Positions 1 to 11,454 of a stretch of DNA of 64,000 nucleotides are shown here, piece after piece. How positions within the stretch are numbered: the stretch's first letter is position 1; each line of letters opens with the position of its first letter. The notes under the pieces were generated by a model that had not been told where the DNA came from, searched no databases, and was given only the letters and a program-made list of their open reading frames with translations. Origin of the DNA: Podarcis muralis (lineage: Eukaryota); assembly GCF_964188315.1 (NCBI RefSeq), contig NC_135663.1, positions 27,652,001 through 27,716,000 on the forward strand, given 5' to 3'. A program made the translations under genes and the position numbers.

Positions 1-1055
1 CTGGTTCCCTGGGCAATGCATCTCTGGTGGTTTGCCAGCCATGGCATCAGAAATACCCTCCAGGGAAGGAGAAGAATCTGTATAGCATGTGGTGGGGACA
101 ACTGTGGAGACTCCAGCAAAAGCACTGCTTGAGGTACATATAAACGAAGCTTAGTAGTACTAATCAGTAGCAGGCTTTGGAGCTTTAGAGCAAAATTAAC
201 TCTTATTGGAACAATTAATAGCAGATGGTACACAAAATGTCTCAGCATATGATTTCTGTTTTAACAGGCCCCTATTTATTTCATGTTCTAAAAAGCACAG
301 CCCATCAATATGGTTACTGACCTTTAGGATTATTCCCTCTCCCCTTAATTTATGTTCATTATTGTGGTAAACCTAGTGATATTACATATTTATTTTTAGC
401 CGCCTTGGTCTGATATTGAACTAGGAAACACCTCTTGTTTGGTCCGTAACACAAAATAAGTTGTGGAAATAATGAACAGAAAATAAGTGAGAGACTAAAG
501 AAATTAGAGCAATCACTTTTAAAAAATTACAGCTAAAGGAACTTTGGAAAGGCCAAAAGCCTCATCTGAAAATATCTGAAGTGGAGTGAGGGGTTTTGAG
601 AATATATTCAGTCCTGTAATTTACTTTAGCAGAGGGGGAAATCCTTACCTGTTCGATAAAGGTCACTTATAGGCGTATAGGCAGTGAAGTATCAGCTTGC
701 TGAACTGTGACTAATTGAAAAAGAGGATAGCTTTGCTATGTAATCACCTAAGGGTGACATGAATATGAAAATTACAGGTGAGAAGAGAAATTGGATAAAA
801 ATAAAGTATCAAACACAAAATAGAAATTTATCTGTAGCAGATTCAGAGACCAGGCCTCTTTAATGAGGAAGAAATACACTCAGGATAGCTATTTGCAGGA
901 ATGCTATAAAAGAGGATTTTGCAAATAGAATGTGTTATTTCATAAAAATGTGTTGTTAAAACAGAAGCTAAGCAGAAATTAAAGTAGATACCCCTTTGCT
1001 CTTCTTGCATATGCAACCAGGTTATGCAGTGTTTTAGGACCTTGGAAAGGATATG

Positions 1056-1294
1056 CAGTGGTACCTCAGGTTAAGTACTTAATTCGTTCCGGAGGTCCGT
1101 TCTTAACCTGAAACTGTTCTTAACCTGAAGCACCACTTTAGCTAATGGGGCCTCCTGCTGTTGCCACGCTGCCAGAGCTCGATTTCTGTTCTCATCCTGA
1201 AACAAAGTTCTTAACCTGAAGCACTGTTTCTGGGTTAGCGGAGACTGTAACCTGAAGCGTATGTAACCTGAAGTGTATGTAACCTGAGGTACCA
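1056..1294 (-). mobile_element. Tigger/mariner-like MITE (family A, CAGTGGTACCTC TIR)
   Basis: Starts CAGTGGTACCTC and ends GAGGTACCA (second TIR eroded); internal CTTCAGGTTA modules shared with five other loci in the window. Confidence 0.9.
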
Positions 1295-3267
1295 AGGTGT
1301 ATCTGCAGAGAGGTCCATGTCAAAATCTTCCAGAGCTCAGACATTCATGTTAACTGATGGACCCAGGAGAAGCTATAGGGCCAAAGGTGTGGCCCCACAA
1401 CTGCTTTGTATTGGTTAAGCACACAGCAATCATGTCTTAAAATGGTTTTCAGCTGGGAAAATATTGAGTCAAATTTGGCCATTGCAGTAGTTTGACTGAT
1501 GTTGTTGATGATTATTGAGTAGATACACATAACATGACCATGAATGAAAGCACACAGACTAAAGAACAACAAATCTAGGGTAAGGATTATTTCTGTTGCG
1601 ATATCTTCACGTAATGTAATAGGCAAGAATATGCCCATTCTCTCTCCAACTCCCATTATGCTCCTTTGGCAAAACTATTTTCTTTTTCTCTCTGATTTCG
1701 CCTCATATGAAGGACATTGTACAAGAAATATTAGGATTGCATTTCTTTAATTACTTCAAAACAGTTTGCAGCTCTGTCTGAGCCCCATTCATCTAGTAGT
1801 AAATCCTCATACATTTTCCTTTCATCACATGAGTGATACTCTGAAATGATGCTGGATTTAGCTATCAGGTACTGGTGCTTTGAGCTATTTCTAGGGCTAA
1901 TACATATGTATCTTATACAGTGTATATGCATTTCCTTTGTAGCCTGTTCAGCTTACAGTTAACAATGCATATAAATTTTCCGGTTTTGTCTGGCTAATAT
2001 TTTCCCACTTCATGTAATATGTTTATATAGCAAGGGTTCTTTTTTAAAAACTTCCTTTGCTTCTTTTAAGAAGAATTGCTTCAAAATGCTAGATAACTAC
2101 CCATGCGATTAGTTTATAATTAGTCCCTCAACCACTAAACCCCTAACAAGCAACCTAATTTGTAAAGAACACATAACTTTACACAAACTTAAAGGAGAAA
2201 TTTAGGTGGAGTTTAGCATAGCATTTTGTCTTTCTCCATAAAAGGTCTTACTGGGTTCTCTGAATAACTGCCACTAGCAATGCACACTTTGAAATGATTA
2301 GTGGTGTTCAGGGGCTGAAAGTACATTAGAGTCTTTAGGGCATTTTTCTCATGGGGGGGGCACACTTTCATTCATAGCAAAGGGATGGGCTGTCTAGCTC
2401 ACACCTTAATAAATGTGCTTATTTGCAGCCTACATGCTGCCAAGTTTTGCATGCATTTGTAAATGCATGAAGTGGAGTAGAGAAGACAAGGGCTCTATAA
2501 CAGGTAGGCCGAGTGAGTGGAATGACAACCATAACAAATGTTGAAGACACATTTCGTATTTGGGATGCTAACTGCTTATTGCTTTTTGGGATGTATAAAA
2601 TAATGGTCCAAGCAACACCTAGATGATTTCTTTAACATTTTTGCATCTCACATTGAATCTATTTCTATAATTTATTTGTGATATGCTTACGCATTGTACC
2701 AAGGCTGAATAAGTGTGTAATTATCTGACTGCAAGATTTTTATGCATGAGATAATTGCAGTGCTAAAGGCTGTCTTCACAATAAAAGACAGGGATAGATT
2801 AACTAATTAACTTCCTTTTTTTGCCTTTTTCTTTTACTTTCTTTTACTTCATGGAACTTTCTTCACATATATGTGAGCAACTCGAAAGAGTTATGAACTC
2901 ATCCCTCTCCCTCTGAGTGTTTTTGGATAGATATGCTTTCCCTTTTAAGAGTCAGTGTGCTGTGAATGTCACAAGTACTTGGGTGCACAACACCACTTAG
3001 GGACAATTTGGAGTCAAATCCTGTGAGCTGGCAGTAACAGCTACACCGAGGGTGTTGTTAGAGAGGACAGAGGTGGAACCTGGGACTTTTGTATCTTCAA
3101 CAGATCTCCTGCCTTCTCTCATTTTTAAAAACTTTTTTTAAAAGAATTCTTTCTTACAGGGTGTTTTTCTTCTGAAAGTTGGCCAAAATTTTAAACCAAG
3201 GCATATAGAAATTTCATGCACATTTTGTCAGGGGGCTGTGTCCCATGTGTTTTTAAGAACCTAGTAA

Positions 3268-3600
3268 TGGGTGGTGCTGTGGGTTAAACCACAGAGCCTA
3301 GGACTTGCTGATCAGAAGGTCAGCTGTTCGAATCCCCACGACGGGGTGAGCTCCCGTTGCTGGGTCCCAGCTCCTGCCAACCTAGCAGGTTGAAAGCACG
3401 TCAAAAGTGCAAGTAGATAAATAGGTACCGCTCCGGGAAGTGCGCTGCTCTGGTTTGCCAGAAGTGGCTTAGTCATGCTGGCCACATGACCCGGAAGCTG
3501 TACGCTGGCTCCCTCGACCAATAAAGCGAGATGAGCACCGCAACCCCAGAGTCGGCCACGACTGGACCTAATGGTCAGGGGTCCCCTTTACCTTTACCTT
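3268..3600 (+). mobile_element. Sauria/Squam1 tRNA-derived SINE
   Basis: GGTGGTGCTGTGGGTTAAACC head, GTTCGAATCCC B-box, AAGTGCAAGTAGATAAATAGGTAC body and (CCTTTA)n tail. Confidence 0.92.
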
Positions 3601-4549
3601 AATGCCCCTGAACTATACCTTAACCCTAATTGATCTAAGAGGGACCTCCAGGCATACACACCAGCTCCTAGGGGCTGAAGCAGTTTCGTTTCCCCTTTTT
3701 TAGGGCACCCCCCCCCCCAATGTTCAGAGGGGATTCGGCTCCATCCTCTGGCCCCTCACAACATCACCCATGTGTGACATCAGGACATCGCATCAGGTCT
3801 CTTCAATCAACTTGAAAAGATGGCACCTCTGTCTCCAGGTAAGGGCGTGGAGAGTTCTAGTCACATGACATGATGATAATTGTAAGGTATAGCCAGTGCT
3901 TGTGCATTTAACTTTAATATGAGCAGATATCAAGAACAAATATGTCAAAGGTAGAGCACACGTATAGGAAATGAAAGTGTAAAACTCAGCAGAGCACACT
4001 GATAGCATACAATATGCATGAAATTCTTCATTTTTACTTAACCAGGACCAATTTTTCCACACTCAGGATATGATGTGGTAAACATGTGCTTAGACTTCAG
4101 ATTGCAGGTGACAGCTCCCATGATTTAATGCTCCTTTATACAAAAATATTCTCACAAATTGAAAAAGAAAACATGGAAACAGCACCCATCTGAAGTCTGA
4201 AGTGGTCCAGACAAGACATGGCTTTACCACCTTGCTCCTCATGGCTTTACCATCTTGCTCATCATCCTAATACATGTGAGAAATGGACTTACTTATGAGA
4301 GTATTTCCCCTTGACAAATATAACTTGCTAGACTAATGCTGTGCCCCTGATTACAGATTTGTACGGACAAAACCAAAAGATCAATGTTAAACAAAAGTTT
4401 AAACTTAATTTTCACTTGTAACCATGAGAAGCTTGCCATTTTGTATAATAATCAGCAAGACATTTCTCCCCAGTGATAAACATATCTGTACCCTGCTGTC
4501 ATGCGAATCTGATACTATCTGTCTATCAACCAATTCCTAGTTGCCTCCA

Positions 4550-4982
4550 GAGCGCTGAAGCTTAGAGGTTATCAGAGAACCTAGGACGGAGGTTTATAGA
4601 ACTATAGCAAAATCCCCCCTCTAGAGGAAATAGCAGTTATCAGTGATCTGGAAGAAGATACAAAAATTACTTCCAAAAAGATTTGTGGTCGAGCCAGAGA
4701 TTGACAGAGTGGAAAAAGATGATGTGTGCTGCTTATTTAATCTAACTATCTGGTTTGCTATGTGAACAGGCATTTTAATAAAGATAAACACAAGGTCATA
4801 GAAAACATATAACTTCATTCCATGGAAAGTAGAAATCCAGAAAAAGAAGTTATCCTGGAAATGAATTGAGAGATTCAAATAACTAAAGGGAAGAAAGCTC
4901 TCGGTATAATTTTGGTCAAATCCAGGTCTAAACATGAACAGCTAAAAGGGAAGCAAACTAGCTATTAGTCAAAAACAAGGGA
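4550..4982 (+). mobile_element. possible decayed L1/Tx1 ORF1 fragment
   Basis: Purine-rich; short translated motifs LKLRG and EIDRV resemble vertebrate L1 ORF1, but there are many stops and frameshifts. Tentative. Confidence 0.3.
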
Positions 4983-5189
4983 CAGTGGTAGAGCTTCATG
5001 CTCCAGGGGGTGGGGGTGGAGAGCAGGCGGGGACAGGGCTGGCGCACATCCCGGGGGCGGGGCGTGCTGCCTGGAGGGGAGGGGCATGTGTCCTGGGGGT
5101 GGGGCGCCCAGCACGGGGGGGGGAGCTGCAATGGAACCCTGCCGGGATCGCGCTGCTGGGGGCGGTGCACTCCTCTTCCTCCGCCAGTG
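4983..5189. mobile_element. G-rich non-autonomous hAT-like MITE
   Basis: Ends CAGTGGTAGAG...CTCCGCCAGTG form an imperfect TIR; flanks ACAAGGGA/ACAAGACA are a 6/8 match to an 8-bp TSD; GC-rich island in AT-rich context. Confidence 0.6.
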
Positions 5190-6119
5190 ACAAGACAGTC
5201 ATCTATCCAATAACGTGAAGTATTCTGGATTATATAATACAATACCCCTGGATCTTTCTGTTCTTCACTACAACTACAAGAGTTGAAGAAGGACCAAAAT
5301 GGTGCTCCAAAAGCCCCCTTCCATTAGTTCAGCTTTGGAATACTTTTTTTATATTAAAAAAAAAATCTCATTTGTATCTCATCCCACCAGTTTAATGCAT
5401 GATTTTTATGCCTCATTTATCCTAATCATATAAGATGATAAATTTGCATACATGCATCTGATCACAATCACTCACACTTTTTTATGTACTGTTGCAATTT
5501 TTCCCATCCATCTAACATTAAAATAGTGCTGCACACAGAAGTCAGTGTCAACAACTTTAAAAGTGAAGGTGCTCTGTTTATAGTGATTGTTCCATCTATT
5601 GGATGGCTCGTTGTGTAGATAGCTCATGACAGGTGTCCACCCAAGTCCAGCACCCCTATCTATATCCAGACTGAAAGCATCCCAAACTAATCCTATGAGT
5701 AGTAAGCTAGGACTTCCACACCTGAAATGTCATCTCAGCCACGAAATCACTTAGATGGCCATGGAGATCTCTTTATCTCTCGAATTCAGTTTTTGTGTCC
5801 AGTCTGCAGTATGTGGCTAATTTTGCCGTGCTTCACATGACTCTTCAAAAATTATTGAGTTAATGTTTGTGAAATACTCTGAACACTTGGAATACACTAT
5901 GTCAATATTAATTCTTTTTGTCATGTCATTCAAGCTCAAGTTATCTTCACTGTGGTTATCTTTATGCAGAACAGTTAAAAGCTACTCTGTGTAGCTGTGT
6001 GTATAATTATTATTATTTTTTATTATTTGTTAATTTTTTATGCCACACTTCATTCGAGGATCACAAGGTGGTTTACAATATTAAAAAAATGTGAGTTTTG
6101 TGGATAGGTAAATCCACAA

Positions 6120-6249
6120 GAATGGGGAATTTGTGGCCTTCCAGATATAGCTGGATTTCAACTCCCATGAGCCCCAACCAATATGGCCAGTGGTCAGAAG
6201 TGATAACATTTGCAGTCAACATCTGGACTGCCATAGGTTTCCCATCCTC
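6120..6249. mobile_element. old hAT-type MITE (AACTCCCAT / ACATCTGG family)
   Basis: Degenerate palindromic core resembling the copies at 18633, 47085 and 62328. Confidence 0.4.
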
Positions 6250-9200
6250 TTGCATTAGAACCTTCCCTTAAAGTTGTCAAACACCTTGCATGAGAGGCCA
6301 CAGAGCCAAGCTTTGCAGACTAAGCATCTTTACCAGCCCTTAAGGGTTCATGAACCATGAACTAGGGGGTAGGTGCAAAAGGCACCCTTACCACCCATCA
6401 CTGAGGGCAGGAAAAGCAGCGCAGTTCTGTGACTGGCACCTGGAAAAAACATCATACCTATCTATAAACAAAAGGCTTCATAATTCCCTTGCTGAGCAAA
6501 TATAAATCCTATTACAGCATTGCTAATGCAGATTTAAGTGAATATAAATAGGATATGCTTGCCTGAAATATTCAAGTCTTCGGTATTTGTAAGAAGATCA
6601 TCTATTAATTAATATCAAATTCAGCAACAAAGCAAAGTAGACAAGGGATTCCTAATGGCTTTGTTTGCCATCTTCAGTAATGAAGCTCAAGAAAATAATC
6701 AAATAACTAGATCTTGTCGGCTTCTGTGACGCAATGGCATTCCAGTTAAAATTCTGCTTTCTATGTATAATGATAATGGGTTGGATCAAAATATCCTAAC
6801 ATATTCATGGGCTATGTTCATGAAAAGGTTGTCCCAGTTCCAGCACTAACTAATGGGAGGTGCCTTTTTTTAAAAAAACTGCTTTCCCTCTCGACTCTAG
6901 GCCATTTCCAGAGGGCTAGGTGACCATACAGATTGGTATAAGGGATGATATGGGGGGGGGGGGGCTATAGGGAGGAAAGGATTGGTTAAACAAAAATGTT
7001 TTCCATTAGTGGGAACATCCATGGGATTAAAGTCACTTGTGTGAATGGAAAGACTCTTTCTGTGATTCATAGGACACTGCTGGCTCTAACCTGATGTTAA
7101 TAAATTTGTATAACTCAATCCCACAGCCAGATGGGACATTGGAGTTCTAAAAAAGTACTTTAAAAAAGTGCAACAAAAACTTGCTTGATAGAAGTGATTT
7201 CTTTTATTAGCACCCTGCTGTTCAGTTTATTAAAGACTGGAAAGGGTTCTGCCAAAAGATAAGGAAAACACAATTACTCTTTGATACACTGATAGAGCAA
7301 GCATATTAACTCCAACCTCTCTCTTCCACCAGCTAAATACGGCTGCATTTTAGGTTAGCGCTTAGGTGGATTTTGCACATCTCATTTTGTGAAGGTCACT
7401 GATCAATCAAGATTATTTTAGCTGTGTACAAACCACAAGGCAATAAGAATGAGGAAACTCTGTGAGGGAAAGAGTGTGCTATTCAGGGTTAACCCTAAAA
7501 ATCTAATGAAATCAGTGGTCTTTAACTGGAAGTGGGTTCAGGCTAAATCTGGGTCTACTGAAAAGCCCAACAGCAGCAAAAGGAAATGGAATCCTATGCA
7601 AGGGCAGAAAGTGACTGATAACACACACACATAAGAGAGGGAGGAGAGAGAGAGAGAAAGGTAGAAATTCTATGAATAAAATCTTCAGAATGTACAGCTC
7701 AAGAAAAAATATGATCGCTTGTATCCAGTATATGGGAATAGGCAAAGGCTCTGCTGCTGCTACCACCACCACGTGGTGCTTACATGCAGCCAGAGCATAA
7801 AACACCATTCTATATGTCACAAATCCATTAGTGTCACACACACAAAATGAACCATTTCTGCCATAGTAAGCCTCAGAGTTAGCAAAGGTTTCGGGAATCG
7901 GTCTCTTGGATCCCTACATAAAGGGCAGATAAGCAAGCAATGTATGGTGTCTTCCACCTATGGTTGGCCACATTTGCAGAGTCTGCCATCATGTGGAACC
8001 CTACAGATGGTGCCTTTAGATTTTATAATACTTAGTTACGTACATTATTCTGTTATTTGAATCGTATTTTATAGCTATCATTTAAAGGCTAAGGGAGCTA
8101 TCTGTGCCCATTAAAATCAATGAATTGACTTCAGTAGTTCAATTAAAACCAGCAGAAATTAGACGGCTAATTAAAACAGTAGTTCTTACCCTGTGGGTGA
8201 TGAGTAATTCACTTTTACAGAACAGATATTGCACTTATCACACAATGCATTTTCCTGTAGCACCTTTATTTTTGTTTATTTCCTTCTAACTCTTAAGACA
8301 CACTACTGATATTTTAGCCTTTCTGATTGGGTTGCATTTAAAGTACTTTCTATTTGCCCTTTACTAGTGATTCCTAATTACTACCCAGTCCTTTTGACTA
8401 TCATAATTTCCCCTTGTGAGCTCTGGCTACTCAGATGTGTTTTTTGTCCTAATCATTATTACAAGCTACAATGATAAATATGTATTACTGTCAACCATAG
8501 TGGATGTCTTGGCATGGCCTGTTTGCATTTCTCAGATTCTATTGTTGTGCAAGATTTTCACCTAACCCTGTGCATTTCTCTTTCCTGGTAGTTTGCCTTG
8601 TTCTGTTTTAATTAAGATGAAACCAATCACTTTTATAGTGTTTTTTTCTCCACTTTGCTTGGCTTCTGACCAAATTACTTGCAGTGTTAAAACACTTTAA
8701 AAGAGAGATACCCTCTGCCAGAATTGTTTTTCACAGATGCGCAAAAGAGCAAAATAAAGAACGATGAAGCTATAGGGAGTGCAATATGTTAAAGTTGACT
8801 GCATTGTAGGTGAGACAAAGAAGGGAAGGTGGGAAATGATGTTGTTCTTACTTTTATGGAAAGCATGCTATGATGAGCAATGTCAGTGTTTTCTTAAATA
8901 GCCATAAATTAATGTTCTAATTAGTGAAGGGTGTCTCATAATATCCTGGACTTTTACAAAGTCTAGATGAAATTTTTAGTATATGCCATCTTGAATTCTG
9001 AGCCAGAAAATACTTTTTAGGTTAAATTATGTTTCATTCATAATACATGGAAACATTATGAGCTGAATCAATTCATATTCCAAACTTTGGATGTCACTTC
9101 TTGCAATCTGTTCTGATGAAGGATTCTTCTCAACTATTTAAAAAGTGCATATCATAATTTAAAATATACCAACACATAACAATTGGTGCCCCCATGCTAT

Positions 9201-9629
9201 GATAGAAATCACAACATTCTGCTGCTGTTAATACTACAATTACATTGATTTAATGCTGTTGGTGGACTCTATTGGATGACAAACAGAGAATTCAAAGCTT
9301 GTCATAGAAAGCTATGTATAACTCCTTTTAAAGGTTGCAATCCTAAACTTATTCAGGTGGAAACCAATCACTCAAAATTTGGTAATTCAACCCCAAAAAG
9401 GGATATGAAATTCATCTGCAGGAGAAAACCTATCATGAATCTGATATCCTTTATTTTTTAGAGTAGTTTAATTGCCCAAAGGACCACCCTACATATCTTA
9501 GGCGATAGTAAATGAAGGAGCAGGAGTTTCCTGATATGAAGATTAGGATCAGCTACTTTTAACCTGTCCACCAGGCACACAGTTCCAGCAAACAAAGCAC
9601 AACCTCCCCCTTGGGTTCAATGCAACTTA

Positions 9630-10788
9630 CCGTATTTTGCGCCCCATAGGACGCACCGCCCCATAAGACGCACCTAGTTTTTTGGGGGGGGAAATAAAGA
9701 AAAAAAAATTATTTTCCCCCCAGGCGTGGGACTGGCGCGGGGGAAGCCCGAGCTTCCCCCAACCCAAGCCCCCAGAACAGGCTGCCACCCCAAGCCTCGC
9801 GCGCCTGGCGGGACCTCCCGCCGGGCGCGGGAGGCTTGCAGACACCTTCCCGAAGCACGGGGCGTCTTATGGGGCGCCCGGCGGGAGGTCCCACCGGGCG
9901 CGCGAGGCTTGGGGCGGCAGCCTGCATCCCGAAGCACGGGGCGTCCTCCGGAGGGCGCCCCGTGCTCCGGGCTGCAGGCTGTCGCCCCAAGCCTCGCATG
10001 CCTGGCGGGACCTCCCGCCGGGCGCGGGAGGCTTGCAGACACCTTCCCGAAGCACGGGACATCCTCCGGAGGGCGCCCCGTGCTCCGGGCTGCAGGCTGC
10101 CGCCCCAAGCCTCACGCACCTGGCAGGACCTCCCGCCGGGCGCGGGAGGCTTGCAGACACCTTCCCGAAGCACGGGGCGTCCTCCGGTGGGCGCCCCGTG
10201 CTTCGGGATGCAGGCTGCCGCCCCAAGCCTCGCGCGCCTGGCAGGACCTCCCGCCGGGCGCGGGAGGCTTGCAGACACCTTCCCGAAGCACAGGGCGTCC
10301 TCTGGAGGGCGCCCCGTGCTTCGGGATGCAAGCTGCCGCCCCAAGCCTCGCGCGCCTGGCGGGACCTCCCGCCGGGCGCGGGAGGCTTGCAGACACCTTC
10401 CTGAAGCACGGGGCGTCCTCTGGAGGGCGCCCCGTGCTCCGGGCTGCAGGCTGCCGCCCCAAGCCTCGCGCGCCCGGTGGGACCTCCCGCCGGGCGCGGG
10501 AGGCTTGCAGACACCTTCCCGAAGCACGGGGCGTCCTCCGGAGGGCGCCCCGTGCTCCGGGCTGCAGGCTGCTGCCCGCAAGCCTTGCGAGCCCGCGGGA
10601 ACTCCCCCGGGCTCGCTAGGCTTGAGGAAAGCTTCCTCAAGCCTGGAGAGCGAGAGGGGTCGGTGCGCACCGACCCCCCTCGCTCTCCAGGCTTCAGCGA
10701 AAGCCTGCATTCACCCCATAGGATGCACACACATTTCCCCTTCATTTCTGGAGGGGAAAAAGTGTGTCCTATAGCGCGAAAAATACGG
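9630..10788. mobile_element. non-autonomous Tc1/mariner element, Tc2/Kanga-MER104-like TIR, carrying a GC-rich satellite
   Basis: TA|CCGTATTTTGCGCCCCATAGGACGCAC ... GTGTGTCCTATAGCGCGAAAAATACGG|TA: ~27-bp imperfect TIRs, TA TSD at 9628-9629 and 10789-10790; no transposase. Confidence 0.85.
9778..10570. repeat. 118-bp GC-rich tandem repeat (5 full units plus partial and inverted units)
   Basis: Units begin CAGGCTG at 9975, 10093, 10211, 10329, 10447 (one variant CAAGCTG); partial unit from 9778; each unit contains two inverted-repeat stems. Confidence 0.95.
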
Positions 10789-11454
10789 TATGTCCAGGTA
10801 AGTAAGTGAACTAAGAGATCAGCCTGAATCAGACATGTAATATGAGGTGTCATATGAAAAGTGTGTAGAATATGCTAGAAAAATGAGTATTATAGCAGGT
10901 TGTAGTTTTCAGAATCTAATCTACATTTCCATTGTCTTTATATATTTCAGCAAAAGGTGAGGACCACAATTACAGAAACCATTGCACTACTAAGTGGATT
11001 TTGTTCTCAATCATTAAAAAAATATTTTTTTCCCCTGATGTCACAATCAAATGAGCTTTTTTTGCATTGTTAATTAGTCAGTGGAACAGATGGCAAAGCT
11101 TTTAATTGAAAGCAACATACCCATTACAATAACTGCAATGAATGCAGATATGCAGTGTTCAAAAAGTTATCAGTGTAGCAACCATTGGAAGAAAGGGAAC
11201 ATTATTCTTGTTAATATGTCACAAGAACAAGGTCATTTCTTTGATTTCATGCTCATTCCAAGATTGAAGAGCTTTAACTATTGATATTTAATCCCTAGAG
11301 CTAAGTTAAAGCTATTCATATAAGTTTTTTCCATGAACATTTTCAGCAGCGTTGGTCTAGCATCCTTTCTCATACAGTGGTCAGAAAGATGCCTCTGGGA
11401 AGCCCACAAGCAAAACACAAATAGCTTTAGCAACTGGTTTACAGTGTCTTCTTT

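Noticed and set aside
1071-1295. Recurring peptide QQQEAPLAKVVLQVKNSFRL (also 23338, 28604)
   Set aside because: Chance translation of MITE family A; no transposase motifs.
3312-3521. Recurring peptide PGHVASMTKPLLANQSS (also 14763, 25243, 58066, 58911)
   Set aside because: Antisense translation of the Squam1 SINE.
4217-4262. 23-bp tandem duplication
   Set aside because: Ordinary slippage product.
4958-5242. Four overlapping ORFs
   Set aside because: Arise from the GC-rich MITE; no codon or strand preference.
6840-7130. LTR-like segment with G-run and AATAAA
   Set aside because: No TG..CA ends or TSD found.
8190-8300. Minus-strand donor AGG|GTAAGA
   Set aside because: No pyrimidine-rich acceptor upstream; a first exon cannot be supported.
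9975-10564. CRISPR-like repeat array
   Set aside because: Contiguous tandem units without unique spacers, in a eukaryotic context, with no cas genes.
9627-10853. Overlapping 110-333-aa ORFs on both strands
   Set aside because: Produced by the GC-rich, stop-poor 118-bp repeat; the unit is not a multiple of 3, so the same low-complexity peptides cycle through frames.
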